Source: an uncultured Chitinophagaceae bacterium (GTDB taxonomy: Bacteria > Bacteroidota > Bacteroidia > Chitinophagales > Chitinophagaceae). From it: 64,000 nucleotides of DNA. The notes under the pieces are model-generated. The model was not told the DNA's origin and made no database searches. It saw nothing but the letters and a program-made list of their open reading frames with translations. This document shows, one piece after another, positions 37,197 through 46,858 of this stretch. Location: positions 12,202 to 76,201 of the forward strand of contig CALKVC010000094.1 of assembly GCA_937996595.1 (NCBI GenBank). Reading direction: 5' to 3'. A program made the translations under genes and the position numbers. Numbering within the stretch: the first letter of the stretch is position 1; the number at the start of each line of letters is the position of its first letter.

Positions 37197-38648
37197 TTAA
37201 TGCGCATGCTCTACTTCTTCATGATAGAACTTCTCCGTATCTGCCTTCTCTATATCCGTCATTTTCACTTTATAGTTTTCGCCGCTTGTTTTCAGGATTG
37301 ATTTGATTTCCGCCACGGCAATAACCGGGAAGTATTTGGCAAACAGGAAGAAGCAGGTAAAGAACAACCCGAATGTACCCAGGTAAAACCCGATCTCATA
37401 AATACTGGGGCTGTAATAAGTACTCCAGCTTGAAGGAAGGAAATCCCTGTAAACAGAAGTAACGATGATCACAAAGCGCTCATACCACATACCTATGTTT
37501 ACGATGATGCTCATGAAGAATGTTACTGCGATGTTCCTCCTCAGTTTACGGCTCCAGAACAACTGGGGCGATACCACGTTACAGAACATCATCAGGTAAT
37601 AACTCCATCCGTACGGGCTCCACAGGTTGGCCCTGTTTTCGCTGAATGCCCACCATTCGTATGGATTTTGTCCGTACCAGGCAATGAATAATTCGGTTAG
37701 ATATGCACAACCTACAATACTTCCGGTAAGTACAATCACCTTATTCATGGCTTCAATATGGCCGAGGGTGATATAGTCCTGCAGGTTCATCACTTTCCTA
37801 ACTACAATGAGTAGTGTTTGCACCATGGCAAATCCTGAAAATATCGCACCCGCAACAAAGTAAGGCGGGAAGATGGTAGTATGCCATCCCGGAACGATAG
37901 AAGTGGCAAAGTCGAAAGATACGATTGTGTGTACAGACAATACCAGCGGTGTACTTAAACCGGCCAGCACCAGCGATAAGCTTTCATGGCGCTGCCAGTG
38001 TTTGGTACTGCCCGTCCAGCCAAATGCCGCTATACCGTATAATAATTTCCTGAGTTTTGTTTTAGCCCTGTCGCGTACTGTTGCCAGGTCGGGTAACAAC
38101 CCTGAATACCAGAACAGCAATGAAACGGTGAAATAAGTTGATATCGCAAATACGTCCCAAAGCAGCGGTGAGTTGAAGTTAACCCATAAAGGACCACGGC
38201 TGTTAGGATAAGGCAATACGAAGAAAGCCATCCATACACGGCCCATATGCCAGATCGGGAACTGGCCGGCACACATTACCGCAAAAATGGTCATCGCTTC
38301 TGCAGCACGGTTAACGCCTGTTCTCCATCCCTGGCGGAACAGCAAGAGGATGGCAGAAATCAGCGTTCCTGCGTGACCGATACCAACCCACCAAACGAAG
38401 TTGGTGATATCCCATCCCCAACCGATCGTTTTATTCAGGTTCCACTGGCCGATACCGTAAGTAACCTCGCGGTAAACACTGTATACACCAAAGAGCAGCA
38501 GGGCCACACTGATGTAAAACCCGATGTACCAGAGCCTGCTGGGCTTCATCTCAATAGGGCCAATGATATCTTCCGTTACCTGGTGATAATCCTTGTTACC
38601 ATCAACCAGCGGTTCCCTTTGTTGTGATTCGTATTTGAGTAATGACAT
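37197..38648 (-). CDS. actC: ACIII quinol-interacting membrane subunit ActC (NrfD/PsrC family)
   Basis: 483 aa, polytopic, NrfD-like. Confidence 0.85.
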   Translation of the reverse strand: MSLLKYESQQREPLVDGNKDYHQVTEDIIGPIEMKPSRLWYIGFYISVALLLFGVYSVYREVTYGIGQWNLNKTIGWGWDITNFVWWVGIGHAGTLISAILLLFRQGWRTGVNRAAEAMTIFAVMCAGQFPIWHMGRVWMAFFVLPYPNSRGPLWVNFNSPLLWDVFAISTYFTVSLLFWYSGLLPDLATVRDRAKTKLRKLLYGIAAFGWTGSTKHWQRHESLSLVLAGLSTPLVLSVHTIVSFDFATSIVPGWHTTIFPPYFVAGAIFSGFAMVQTLLIVVRKVMNLQDYITLGHIEAMNKVIVLTGSIVGCAYLTELFIAWYGQNPYEWWAFSENRANLWSPYGWSYYLMMFCNVVSPQLFWSRKLRRNIAVTFFMSIIVNIGMWYERFVIIVTSVYRDFLPSSWSTYYSPSIYEIGFYLGTFGLFFTCFFLFAKYFPVIAVAEIKSILKTSGENYKVKMTDIEKADTEKFYHEEVEHAH

Positions 38649-38747
38649 ATCTTTTTAACTTTTCGCTATTAGCCGTTTGCCGTTAGCCTGTTTTTATTTT
38701 TCTAAGCCCTTTATCAGGTATACCAAAGGGCCTGTTTGCTTTTTTAA

Positions 38748-41700
38748 TTACGAATGCGTTTTTTCCGCATGTTTGGCAGGCGCATGGCCTTCTTCCGCAC
38801 CCAGGTGCCTGTCGGTGTTCCTTACTTTTGCCAGGTAACTAACGTTAGGCAATACGTGCAGTTGTTCCAGCACATAGAAGTTTCGGTTAACCTGTTCCAC
38901 ATTCCTTATCTTATACACATCGCTCTCCTTGTCATTCACATTACCGAAGCTGATGGCGCTGGTTGGACATGCCTGCATACAGGCTGTTTTTACATTGCGC
39001 ACCAGTGAAGGATCCTGCTGCTTCTTGGCTTCCAGCTTGCTTTCCTGCAAACGCTGCACACAGAAAGAACATTTTTCCATCACACCGCGTGAGCGAACCG
39101 TAACATCCGGGTTAAGCACCATCCTGGTAAGGTCTTCGTTCATCTGCAATACTGACTCATCCATATCAATACCGATCAGCGGGTTCTGGTTATCGCTGAA
39201 ACTATCCGCCCCTGTATAATCCAGCCAGTTGAAACGGCGTACTTTATACGGGCAGTTGTTGGCGCAATACCTGGTTCCGATACACCTGTTATAGGCCATC
39301 TGGTTTAACCCTTCTGAACTGTGGTTGGTAGCAACCACCGGGCAAACGTTTTCGCATGGTGCGTTATCGCAATGCTGGCATAACATCGGCTGGAAAACCA
39401 CATCCGGGTTTTTCTTATCGCCGGTAAAATACCTGTCTATACGCAGCCAGTGCATTTCGTGTGCACGCTGCACCTGTATCTTTCCAACTACGCTTACATT
39501 ATTTTCGGCTGTACAGGCTACCACGCAGGCGCTGCAACCGGTACAGGTATTCAGGTCAATGCTCATGCCCCATTTAACACCCGGCTTTTCATAATCGGGG
39601 TAGATGGTGCCGTCTTTTACAAAATCGGTTTTGCCTTCAGCCAATAACACAGAACGTTCGTGTGTGGCTTCATGTAATACTTCTTTTGGATTGGCAATAA
39701 AACCGGCCAGGGTTGTTTCGTAAATCACCGGCCTGTTCTCTGATGATCCGTGTACCTGGGTTTGAGCCAGTGGATACACTTCAGCAGATTTTTCAAAACT
39801 GGCCGTTGTATTATAAGACATGGAAACTCCATCAAAAGTAACCAGCGGGTAAACATTCCTGCCGGCACCGGTAGCCGAACGGCCAATGCGTTCTTTTGAA
39901 TCTTTGTGGCTGCTTCCCCTACCGTAACCAACGGCTACGGCAATGGTTGAGGCATCCAACCCCGGTAATATTAACGCGGCCAGTTCTACGGTGCGGCCGT
40001 TAACGGTTATTTTAACAACCGGTTTTTCCGGCGTTACTTCATAAGCATCTGCCTGTCGCTGGTTATTAAATACGTCTATGCCAAACAGTGACTTAGCCAT
40101 TTCTGGGCTCATCATGGCATAGTTGTCCCAGGTTACTTTACTAATTGGGTCAGGTAATTCCTGTAACCAAGGGTTATTGGCCTGGCTTCCGTTTCCTATT
40201 GATATTTTTTCGTAGATAACAAGTTCGGTTGCACTGCTTTTTACTGAAGACAACTTAGCCGTTGCTTCTGCCAGCACAGCTGCATTAAAAGCAGAAGCTG
40301 CCGGAGCGGGAGCCGTTGCCGGTTCAACCACGCCATCCTGTAAGGCTTTGTCAAATGATTCTGCACCACCCAGTTTACTGGTCCAGTAATTCCTGAAATA
40401 GGTTTCATAATCATTGGCCGTGCCGGTTGTAACTACCGGTGCGGTTACTGCCGGTTTTCCGGTGGTATCCTGTACGGCTGCAGGTGCTGTAGCTATTGCG
40501 CCGCCACTCCATTTTAATAATGATGTTTGAAATGCCCTTGTTTTAAATAACGGGCTGATCAACGGCTGCTGCAGGGAAAAATATCCTGATTTTGGTTCAG
40601 CATCTCCCCAGCTTTCAAGCCAGTGGTGAGATGGAATAACATATTTGCACAGTTCAGTAGTTTCATCCATGGTTCCATTGAAGGAAACAGTTACCGGCAC
40701 TTTAGCAAGGCCGCTGGTGAATGATTTGCTGTCTGCATAATTATAAGCAGGGTTACACTCTGAAATAAATAGTGCTCCAACTGCACCGGCATTCATATCG
40801 GCAACCAGCTTTACCAGGTCGGCATCATTGCCTTTCCTGTAATTGGAAGTAAGGGCCCAGTTAATGGTGGTTCCGTTGGCACCGATGGCTTCATTGATGG
40901 CATTTACAATTACCTGGATATTCCTGTCGTTGCTTCCGCAAACTACCAGGGCTTCTCCTTTACTGGCCATCAGTGCTGCTGCTGCTTTATCTATTCCTTT
41001 GGCAAGGGCCGGGTCTTTAACCTGTGCGCCTGAAACTGCTCCGCCCAGTTTTGCCAGTAACGCTGTTGCAATGGCAGCTGTTTCTGAAGGCTTGTGTGTA
41101 AAGCGGTCATCTGCATTACTGCCGGTAAGGCTAAGCATGCTTTCAAAATGAAAATGACGGCTGATGGAAGGCTTATCTCCCTTTATTTTTTTATTAGCTG
41201 CATACTGCCTGCTGAATTCAACCGGGCTTAACCAGGTTCCTAAAAAGTCGGCGCCCAGGCTCACAATAGTCTTTGCCTTATCAAAGTGATATGAGGGCAG
41301 TGCCCTTTTTCCGTAACAGGCTTCGTTGGCTGCCAGCATGCCGCTGTAGCTAACTGCGTCATATTGTACATGGCGGCTGCCCGGGTATTTTGCCAGGAAA
41401 TTATTGATCAGTTGTAATGTAGAAGGAGAGTGGATGGTTGAAGTGAGCAATACAACCGGTTTTCCGCCCAAACCAGCCAGGTCGCCGGCCACCATCTTAT
41501 CAAATGCTTCAAATGTGCTTACTTCCTTGTAGTCTTTACCATCCCTTTGTAATGGGTGACGCAGCCTGGTTGTATCATACAGGTCAAGTACAGAAGCCTG
41601 TGCCTGTGCACTTGTTCCTCCGCCGGTAATGGAAGAGAGTTCGTTTCCTTCTATCTTGATCGGCCTTCCGTCTCTTTGTTTAACCAGTACGCTGATGGTA

Positions 41701-42005
41701 TCACCACCGTTAACATACGTAGACGCGTAGTAGTTGGCCACACCTGCAATGGCATTATCGGGTTTATTCAGGAACGGTACTGCTTTACGTACCGGTGTAT
41801 CGCAACTGGCGGCCAGCGCTGCTGCAGCCGTGCTAAAGCCCAGGTATTTCAGAAAATCCCTGCGGGGTGTTTTACCTTCCAGCAGGCCTTTGTCATCCAT
41901 ATCGGCCAGGGGGAGTAGTTCTTCTTTGAACTCATCCGCTGTTGATTGCTTAAAAGCATCAGACTGATTCAGTTCTCCAAAATTCTGCCAGTACTTTTTG
42001 TTCAT
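38748..42005 (-). CDS. actB: ACIII subunit ActB (fused molybdopterin-like + 4Fe-4S ferredoxin domains)
   Basis: 1085 aa with a Tat motif (RRDFLKYLG) and Cys clusters (CTGCSACVVAC, CQHCDNAPC, CIGTRYCANNCP). Confidence 0.9.
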   Translation of the reverse strand: MNKKYWQNFGELNQSDAFKQSTADEFKEELLPLADMDDKGLLEGKTPRRDFLKYLGFSTAAAALAASCDTPVRKAVPFLNKPDNAIAGVANYYASTYVNGGDTISVLVKQRDGRPIKIEGNELSSITGGGTSAQAQASVLDLYDTTRLRHPLQRDGKDYKEVSTFEAFDKMVAGDLAGLGGKPVVLLTSTIHSPSTLQLINNFLAKYPGSRHVQYDAVSYSGMLAANEACYGKRALPSYHFDKAKTIVSLGADFLGTWLSPVEFSRQYAANKKIKGDKPSISRHFHFESMLSLTGSNADDRFTHKPSETAAIATALLAKLGGAVSGAQVKDPALAKGIDKAAAALMASKGEALVVCGSNDRNIQVIVNAINEAIGANGTTINWALTSNYRKGNDADLVKLVADMNAGAVGALFISECNPAYNYADSKSFTSGLAKVPVTVSFNGTMDETTELCKYVIPSHHWLESWGDAEPKSGYFSLQQPLISPLFKTRAFQTSLLKWSGGAIATAPAAVQDTTGKPAVTAPVVTTGTANDYETYFRNYWTSKLGGAESFDKALQDGVVEPATAPAPAASAFNAAVLAEATAKLSSVKSSATELVIYEKISIGNGSQANNPWLQELPDPISKVTWDNYAMMSPEMAKSLFGIDVFNNQRQADAYEVTPEKPVVKITVNGRTVELAALILPGLDASTIAVAVGYGRGSSHKDSKERIGRSATGAGRNVYPLVTFDGVSMSYNTTASFEKSAEVYPLAQTQVHGSSENRPVIYETTLAGFIANPKEVLHEATHERSVLLAEGKTDFVKDGTIYPDYEKPGVKWGMSIDLNTCTGCSACVVACTAENNVSVVGKIQVQRAHEMHWLRIDRYFTGDKKNPDVVFQPMLCQHCDNAPCENVCPVVATNHSSEGLNQMAYNRCIGTRYCANNCPYKVRRFNWLDYTGADSFSDNQNPLIGIDMDESVLQMNEDLTRMVLNPDVTVRSRGVMEKCSFCVQRLQESKLEAKKQQDPSLVRNVKTACMQACPTSAISFGNVNDKESDVYKIRNVEQVNRNFYVLEQLHVLPNVSYLAKVRNTDRHLGAEEGHAPAKHAEKTHS

Positions 42006-42044
42006 AATATTATAGTTCTAAAATGTGCTGATGTGCTGTTTTAA

Positions 42045-43319
42045 TTAATAGTGGCATTTCTGACACTCGGTTCCACCGATTTTTTCAACGGTTACGCTAT
42101 CCAGCTTGTGGTTCTTAATGTCGTTATGGAATTTTTCGTAAATGCTGTAGAATTTATTGCCGCTGCTGTCTTTCTTATTATAGAAATCCACTTTGCTTTC
42201 GCGGTGGCAGTTTACGCACCATCCCATGCTGAGGTCAGAGAACTGGTACACTTCGGGCATTTCCTGTATGTTTCCGTGACAGGTTTGGCATTGCTGTTTA
42301 CCTACTTTTATATGCTGGCTATGGTTGAAATATACGTGGTCGGGGAGGTTATGGATTTTTACCCATTCAATCGGCCGGGCGCCATCAGGTATGCCGTCGC
42401 CGTTGTTATCCGGATTATACTGGCCGGTTGCCGGGTTCCATCCCGCATAGGCATACAGTTTTTGAATTTCTGCTGTACCATTTACTGCCTGGCCGTTTTC
42501 TTTAATGATTGGATCGCCTTTATATTCTTTGATGGCCATATGGCAGTTCATACAAACATTTACAGAAGGAATGCTTGCCTGTTTGCTGTGTTCTGCACCG
42601 CCGTGGCAATACAGGCAACTGATCTGGTTAACGCCGGCATGCACTTTATGGGAATAATAAATCGGCTGTTCGGGCTGGTAGTTTTTCATACGGCCCATGC
42701 CAATGGCTGCATTCATGGTGAGGTATCCGCCAATTGCGAATAGTACCAGGATACCAGCCATCAGGTATGCTTTGTTACGGTAAAAAGGAACCGGTTCGCC
42801 CCGTAAGATCCCTTCTTTTTCATCGGTTAATTTGCGCAGGTTACTGTTTACCTGTAATAATATAAATGCTACAACAGCCAGTACCAGGGTTAGTATTCCA
42901 AACAGCAACGAGTTATCGGATTGAGCCGGGGCGCCCGCCGCTGTTGCATCCGGTGTTTTTACCGGGGGCGTATAATCATCCACATATTTCATGATGGCAT
43001 CAATCTCTTCCTGCTTGAGGTTTGAGAAACCAGACATGATGATGGGTTTCCATTTATTTTTTAACGCTGTAGCGTAGGGGTCATTCTGGGCCGCCGGGTT
43101 GGCAACCCATTTATATATCCAGTCGGGGCTTGGTATCCTGTCTTTCCATCCCTTCAGTGCCGGACCGGTATAATCCGCATCGGGTTTATGGCAGTTGGCG
43201 CAATTCGCTTTAAAAAGCGCTTCGCCATCAGCGGCCAACAGAGCATTTGAAAAAGAAATTGATAAAAAGAAAAGAATACAAGCAATAGCTTTGTTAAAAT
43301 TTTTTCTATAGCGACTCAT
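42045..43319 (-). CDS. actA: ACIII multiheme cytochrome c ActA with an extra N-terminal c-type domain
   Basis: It has six CxxCH motifs (CANCH, CLYCH, CMNCH, CQTCH, CVNCH, CQKCH). I prefer the start at MSRYRKNF... (ATG at 43319). Confidence 0.85.
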   Translation of the reverse strand: MSRYRKNFNKAIACILFFLSISFSNALLAADGEALFKANCANCHKPDADYTGPALKGWKDRIPSPDWIYKWVANPAAQNDPYATALKNKWKPIIMSGFSNLKQEEIDAIMKYVDDYTPPVKTPDATAAGAPAQSDNSLLFGILTLVLAVVAFILLQVNSNLRKLTDEKEGILRGEPVPFYRNKAYLMAGILVLFAIGGYLTMNAAIGMGRMKNYQPEQPIYYSHKVHAGVNQISCLYCHGGAEHSKQASIPSVNVCMNCHMAIKEYKGDPIIKENGQAVNGTAEIQKLYAYAGWNPATGQYNPDNNGDGIPDGARPIEWVKIHNLPDHVYFNHSQHIKVGKQQCQTCHGNIQEMPEVYQFSDLSMGWCVNCHRESKVDFYNKKDSSGNKFYSIYEKFHNDIKNHKLDSVTVEKIGGTECQKCHY

Positions 43320-43360
43320 ACAGTTATCGGGGCTAATGTGGAGAATAACCTGGTTTGCTG

Positions 43361-43368
43361 CAAAAATA
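43361..43368 (-). promoter_or_regulatory. candidate -7 box (TAnnTTTG) for the act-cox operon
   Basis: The minus strand reads tatttttg, 42 nt upstream of the actA ATG. Confidence 0.3.
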
Positions 43369-43551
43369 AGGTACGATACTGACAAATTACCAACATTTGT
43401 TAATTTTTTTTTTCCTTATCTGGCTTGTGTTACAGCGATTTGTATATGCATAAATAATAATATTGTCATGCCTTTGTAAGGTATTGCCAACACAGAAATA
43501 TTAGTATGTTTCGCCTGCCGGTATAACAATGTTTTGATGCATTTTTGCAGC

Positions 43552-44430
43552 ATGTTAAAAAAATTACAGGAGCGTTGGAAGGTTAACCTGCTGAACCTGG
43601 TGCTTATTTTAATCACATTTGCCACCGGGGGCAGCCTCTGTGGTTGGGCGGGCCGTAAAATATTATTGCTTACAAACCTGGAAAAGGGGGCCGTTTGGGT
43701 GGTCTTATATATCGTTTTAATTACCCTGTTATGGCCATTCTGTGTGTTATTGATAAGCATTCCGCTTGGGCAATTCGGGTTTTTCAGGAAATATATCGCC
43801 AGGATCATGTCAAAATTCAGCGGCGGTAAAAAACAAGTTGCTCTAAAACAACCGGTAAACATAGCCATTTTTGCCAGCGGTGCCGGCAGTAACGCTAAAA
43901 ACATTATAGAATATTTTAATACAAACGGAGGCAAAAACGCAACTGTAAGCTTATTGGTTTGTAATAACCCCGAAGCGGGTGTATTACAAATTGCAGCAGC
44001 AAATAATATTCCTCCCTTGCTGGTTAACCGGGAGCAGTTTCGGGATCAAGGTGGTTTGTTAGCAGCGCTGGAAGAAAAGGGCATCGGGTTTATCGTACTG
44101 GCCGGCTTTTTATGGAAGCTGCCCGGGTACCTGGTTAAGCAATACCCCAAAAAGATTGTCAATATACATCCGGCCCTGTTACCAAAATACGGCGGCAAAG
44201 GCATGTACGGGCATCATGTACACGAAGCCGTTATTGCCAATAAGGAAAAGGAGAGCGGCATCAGCATACATTTTGTGGATGAAATATACGACCATGGAGA
44301 AGTAATTTTCCAGGCTACCTGCGAAGTGCTGGCAACGGATACAGCAGAAACCCTGGCAAAAAAGATCCATCAACTGGAGCATCAGTATTTCCCGAAACTG
44401 ATTGAAGCCGCCATCCAAAAGCAAAATTGA
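43552..44430 (+). CDS. purN: phosphoribosylglycinamide formyltransferase fused in frame to an N-terminal ~85-aa two-TM segment
   Basis: The C-terminal ~200 aa is PurN-like (NIAIFASGAGSN, VLAGFLWKLP, NIHPALLPKYGG, SGISIHFVDE). The N-terminal part (LLNLVLILITFATGG..., VWVVLYIVLITLLWPFCVLLISIPLG) has no stop before PurN. An internal Met at 43807 could be an alternative start. Confidence 0.85.
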   Translation: MLKKLQERWKVNLLNLVLILITFATGGSLCGWAGRKILLLTNLEKGAVWVVLYIVLITLLWPFCVLLISIPLGQFGFFRKYIARIMSKFSGGKKQVALKQPVNIAIFASGAGSNAKNIIEYFNTNGGKNATVSLLVCNNPEAGVLQIAAANNIPPLLVNREQFRDQGGLLAALEEKGIGFIVLAGFLWKLPGYLVKQYPKKIVNIHPALLPKYGGKGMYGHHVHEAVIANKEKESGISIHFVDEIYDHGEVIFQATCEVLATDTAETLAKKIHQLEHQYFPKLIEAAIQKQN

Positions 44431-44483
44431 CGTTAAAGCGTGGTAAGGATACGCATTTGTTATTTAATATTACAGCCTTAACC

Positions 44484-45239
44484 ATGCTGCATCTCCTGAG
44501 ATATATTTTTACTTTTTCTTTTTTCCTGTTTGCCCATATTGCCGATGCGCAAATTACTGTAAGCGGAACCGTACTCGACGTCAGCAAGATCAATTATGTG
44601 GAAAATGTACGGGTGGTCAGCAGTGGAGGCATGTTTGCCATTACCGACAGCCTGGGCCGGTATTCCATTTTAGTGGATGAAAAAGATTCCCTCACTTTTT
44701 ATTATAACAAAAAACCCACGCAGCAATTTGCTGTAAAAACAATTCCCGACCCCACCAGGTTCAACATTAGTATACACGTAACCGTTAAGGGCAAATACCA
44801 GGTATTGAATGAAGTGGTGGTATTTGCCAAAACCCACAAACAGGATTCTATTGAAAACAGGCAGGCCTATGCCGATATTTTCAATTACCAGAAACCGGGC
44901 TTATCCACTTCCGTAACACCGGGTGGTGGCGTTGGGGCAGATGTGAATGAGCTGATTAATATCTTCCGGTTCCGGCGTAATAAACGGTTAAAGGCTTTCC
45001 AGGAGCGGCTGGAAATTCAGGAACAGGAAAAATATATTGATTACCGGTTCAGCAAAGTATATGTGAAACGGGTAACCGGTCTGCGCAGCCCATACCTCGA
45101 CAGCTTCCTGGTATGGTACCGGCCGGAATATGAGTTTGTGCGGAACAGCAACGAAATTGATTTTAATCAATACATATTACTCGCTTACTACCAGTTTCAG
45201 AAACTGGTTGATATACCGGAGGCTAAAAAGGAGGAGTGA
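44484..45239 (+). CDS. secreted CarboxypepD_reg-like domain protein
   Basis: Signal peptide (MLHLLRYIFTFSFFLFAHIADAQ) followed by ITVSGTVLD...GRYSILV. Confidence 0.6.
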   Translation: MLHLLRYIFTFSFFLFAHIADAQITVSGTVLDVSKINYVENVRVVSSGGMFAITDSLGRYSILVDEKDSLTFYYNKKPTQQFAVKTIPDPTRFNISIHVTVKGKYQVLNEVVVFAKTHKQDSIENRQAYADIFNYQKPGLSTSVTPGGGVGADVNELINIFRFRRNKRLKAFQERLEIQEQEKYIDYRFSKVYVKRVTGLRSPYLDSFLVWYRPEYEFVRNSNEIDFNQYILLAYYQFQKLVDIPEAKKEE

Positions 45240-45327
45240 AAAATGGGATGGGGGAATGGAAATGGTGTGTTAGCAGTTCGTTGCTTTTATTTATTGTTAC
45301 AAATTTTGATTGTTGCTTCGTTGGTGG

Positions 45328-46386
45328 CTATTTTTTATATTCTGAAAAACTAATAAATATTTTTCCATCAAAAAAGTAGAGACCAGATTCTCTGGTCCCC
45401 ACCCAAAGATTTCCGTTTTTATCCTCCAAAATTTCCCAAATCCAGGGATTGATTAGACCATCTTTAAAATAGGTGAAAGTTTTACCATCGTAACGTCTAA
45501 GACCATCACTGGAACCAAACCAAAGATTTCCCTTTTTGTCTTCTATAATTCGGGTGACTTCGCCTGGCAAACCATCTTTTGTTGTAAAACTTGTAAATGT
45601 ATTTCCATCATACCGATAAGCTCCACCCCAATTACTGAACCAAATATTTCCGTTTTTGTCTTGCAGTTGAGGCCACCCCCAATTATGAGCTTTTGGCTTT
45701 GGTCCATTTTGAAACAAATCCATTGGTTTGAGGTTGGTTATAGATTTTCCATCGTAACGAAACACACCTTCATTGGTTCTTCCACCAAACCAAATATTAC
45801 CTGCATTATCTTCTAAAATGCGTTCCACCCTGTCATTACTGGTTAAAAAGCCATTTGCGGCTTCATTCATTGGAAAATGTGTAAAAGATTTGCCATCGTA
45901 AATATAGACACCATCAATCGTTACAAACCATAGTTTTCCGTTTTTTGCCTGTAACATATTGTATACCCAATGGGTTTGATAGTAGGGGTTCTTATTAGGA
46001 GGCATATTTTTTGGTAAAGGAATCTGGATTTTAGAAAATGCCTTACCATCGTAAAGACAAAGTCCCATTTCAGTACCCACCCAAATTTTACCATCTTTAT
46101 CTTCCAAAATGCAATAAATTTTATTACAATCCAGCCCATCGTTTATTGTAAACTGGTTAAACGATTTTCCGTCATACTTATAAAGTCCATTATCTGTTGT
46201 TCCCAACCAAAGGTTACCCGATTTGTCCTTTAGAAAACGTTGAACAATTCCATTTCCTATGTTATTTATTAGTTTTGAATCTTCCTTTTCTTTTGGCAAA
46301 TCTTTTTTATCTTGTCCATTGCAGGCCGTCCCCAAAAGCAGTATTGTCAGAAAAGTAAAAACTTGCATTTGTGAGAAATTTTTCAT
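45328..46386 (-). CDS. secreted beta-propeller protein with two-component-regulator-propeller (Reg_prop) repeats
   Basis: 352 aa with a lipoprotein-like signal and repeated GN(L/I)W(L/F/V)GT..G(L/V)..YDGK(S/T)F units. Confidence 0.75.
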   Translation of the reverse strand: MKNFSQMQVFTFLTILLLGTACNGQDKKDLPKEKEDSKLINNIGNGIVQRFLKDKSGNLWLGTTDNGLYKYDGKSFNQFTINDGLDCNKIYCILEDKDGKIWVGTEMGLCLYDGKAFSKIQIPLPKNMPPNKNPYYQTHWVYNMLQAKNGKLWFVTIDGVYIYDGKSFTHFPMNEAANGFLTSNDRVERILEDNAGNIWFGGRTNEGVFRYDGKSITNLKPMDLFQNGPKPKAHNWGWPQLQDKNGNIWFSNWGGAYRYDGNTFTSFTTKDGLPGEVTRIIEDKKGNLWFGSSDGLRRYDGKTFTYFKDGLINPWIWEILEDKNGNLWVGTRESGLYFFDGKIFISFSEYKK

Positions 46387-46858
46387 TATTTAAATTGTCT
46401 TTGAGGTTTTGTTATCTCATTGAAGGTTTGGGTGTCGCTCTGCAATGACTGTTAACGTACAGGGCTTGCCGATGTACGGGAATTATTAGTCCGTCCGCCC
46501 AATACCGGTGATGTTTGAAAAACTGAAGATGAATATAACAAACAAAAGCTAAATAGATAATATCCAGCCCGATATGAAGCACAATATAATTACAAAAAGC
46601 CGATGATAACTTCCGTCCGCCCGTATTTTGGCACCCCCCTGTTGTACGTTCGCCCTTTCTTTGTCCGTTAGTAGCGTGTTGTATTTGAACTGTGTCAACC
46701 TAAAGACTGTTACCCAAGCCGAGCAAGAAGGTAAACTCTTTGGCAGGTTGGCTTCATTGCTGTGGGTTTTGTGTGCATGCCAATGTGCTTGCATTGGGGC
46801 GTTGACTATAGGTTTTGCCCAGTACAATTGCTCAATGCAGCAGAGTATCTAAATAAGT

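Noticed and set aside
42051-42743. 230-aa plus-strand ORF inside actA
   Set aside because: It is a shadow ORF. The minus strand carries the CxxCH heme motifs.
43416-43934. 172-aa minus-strand ORF overlapping the actA upstream region and the purN 5' part
   Set aside because: It overlaps the better-supported plus-strand purN fusion ORF and has odd composition, so it is probably spurious.
46549-46852. ORFs 46549-46827 (minus) and 46628-46852 (plus) in the long intergenic gap
   Set aside because: They overlap each other, have Cys/His/Trp-rich composition unlike real proteins, and show no motifs. I treated the region as non-coding.
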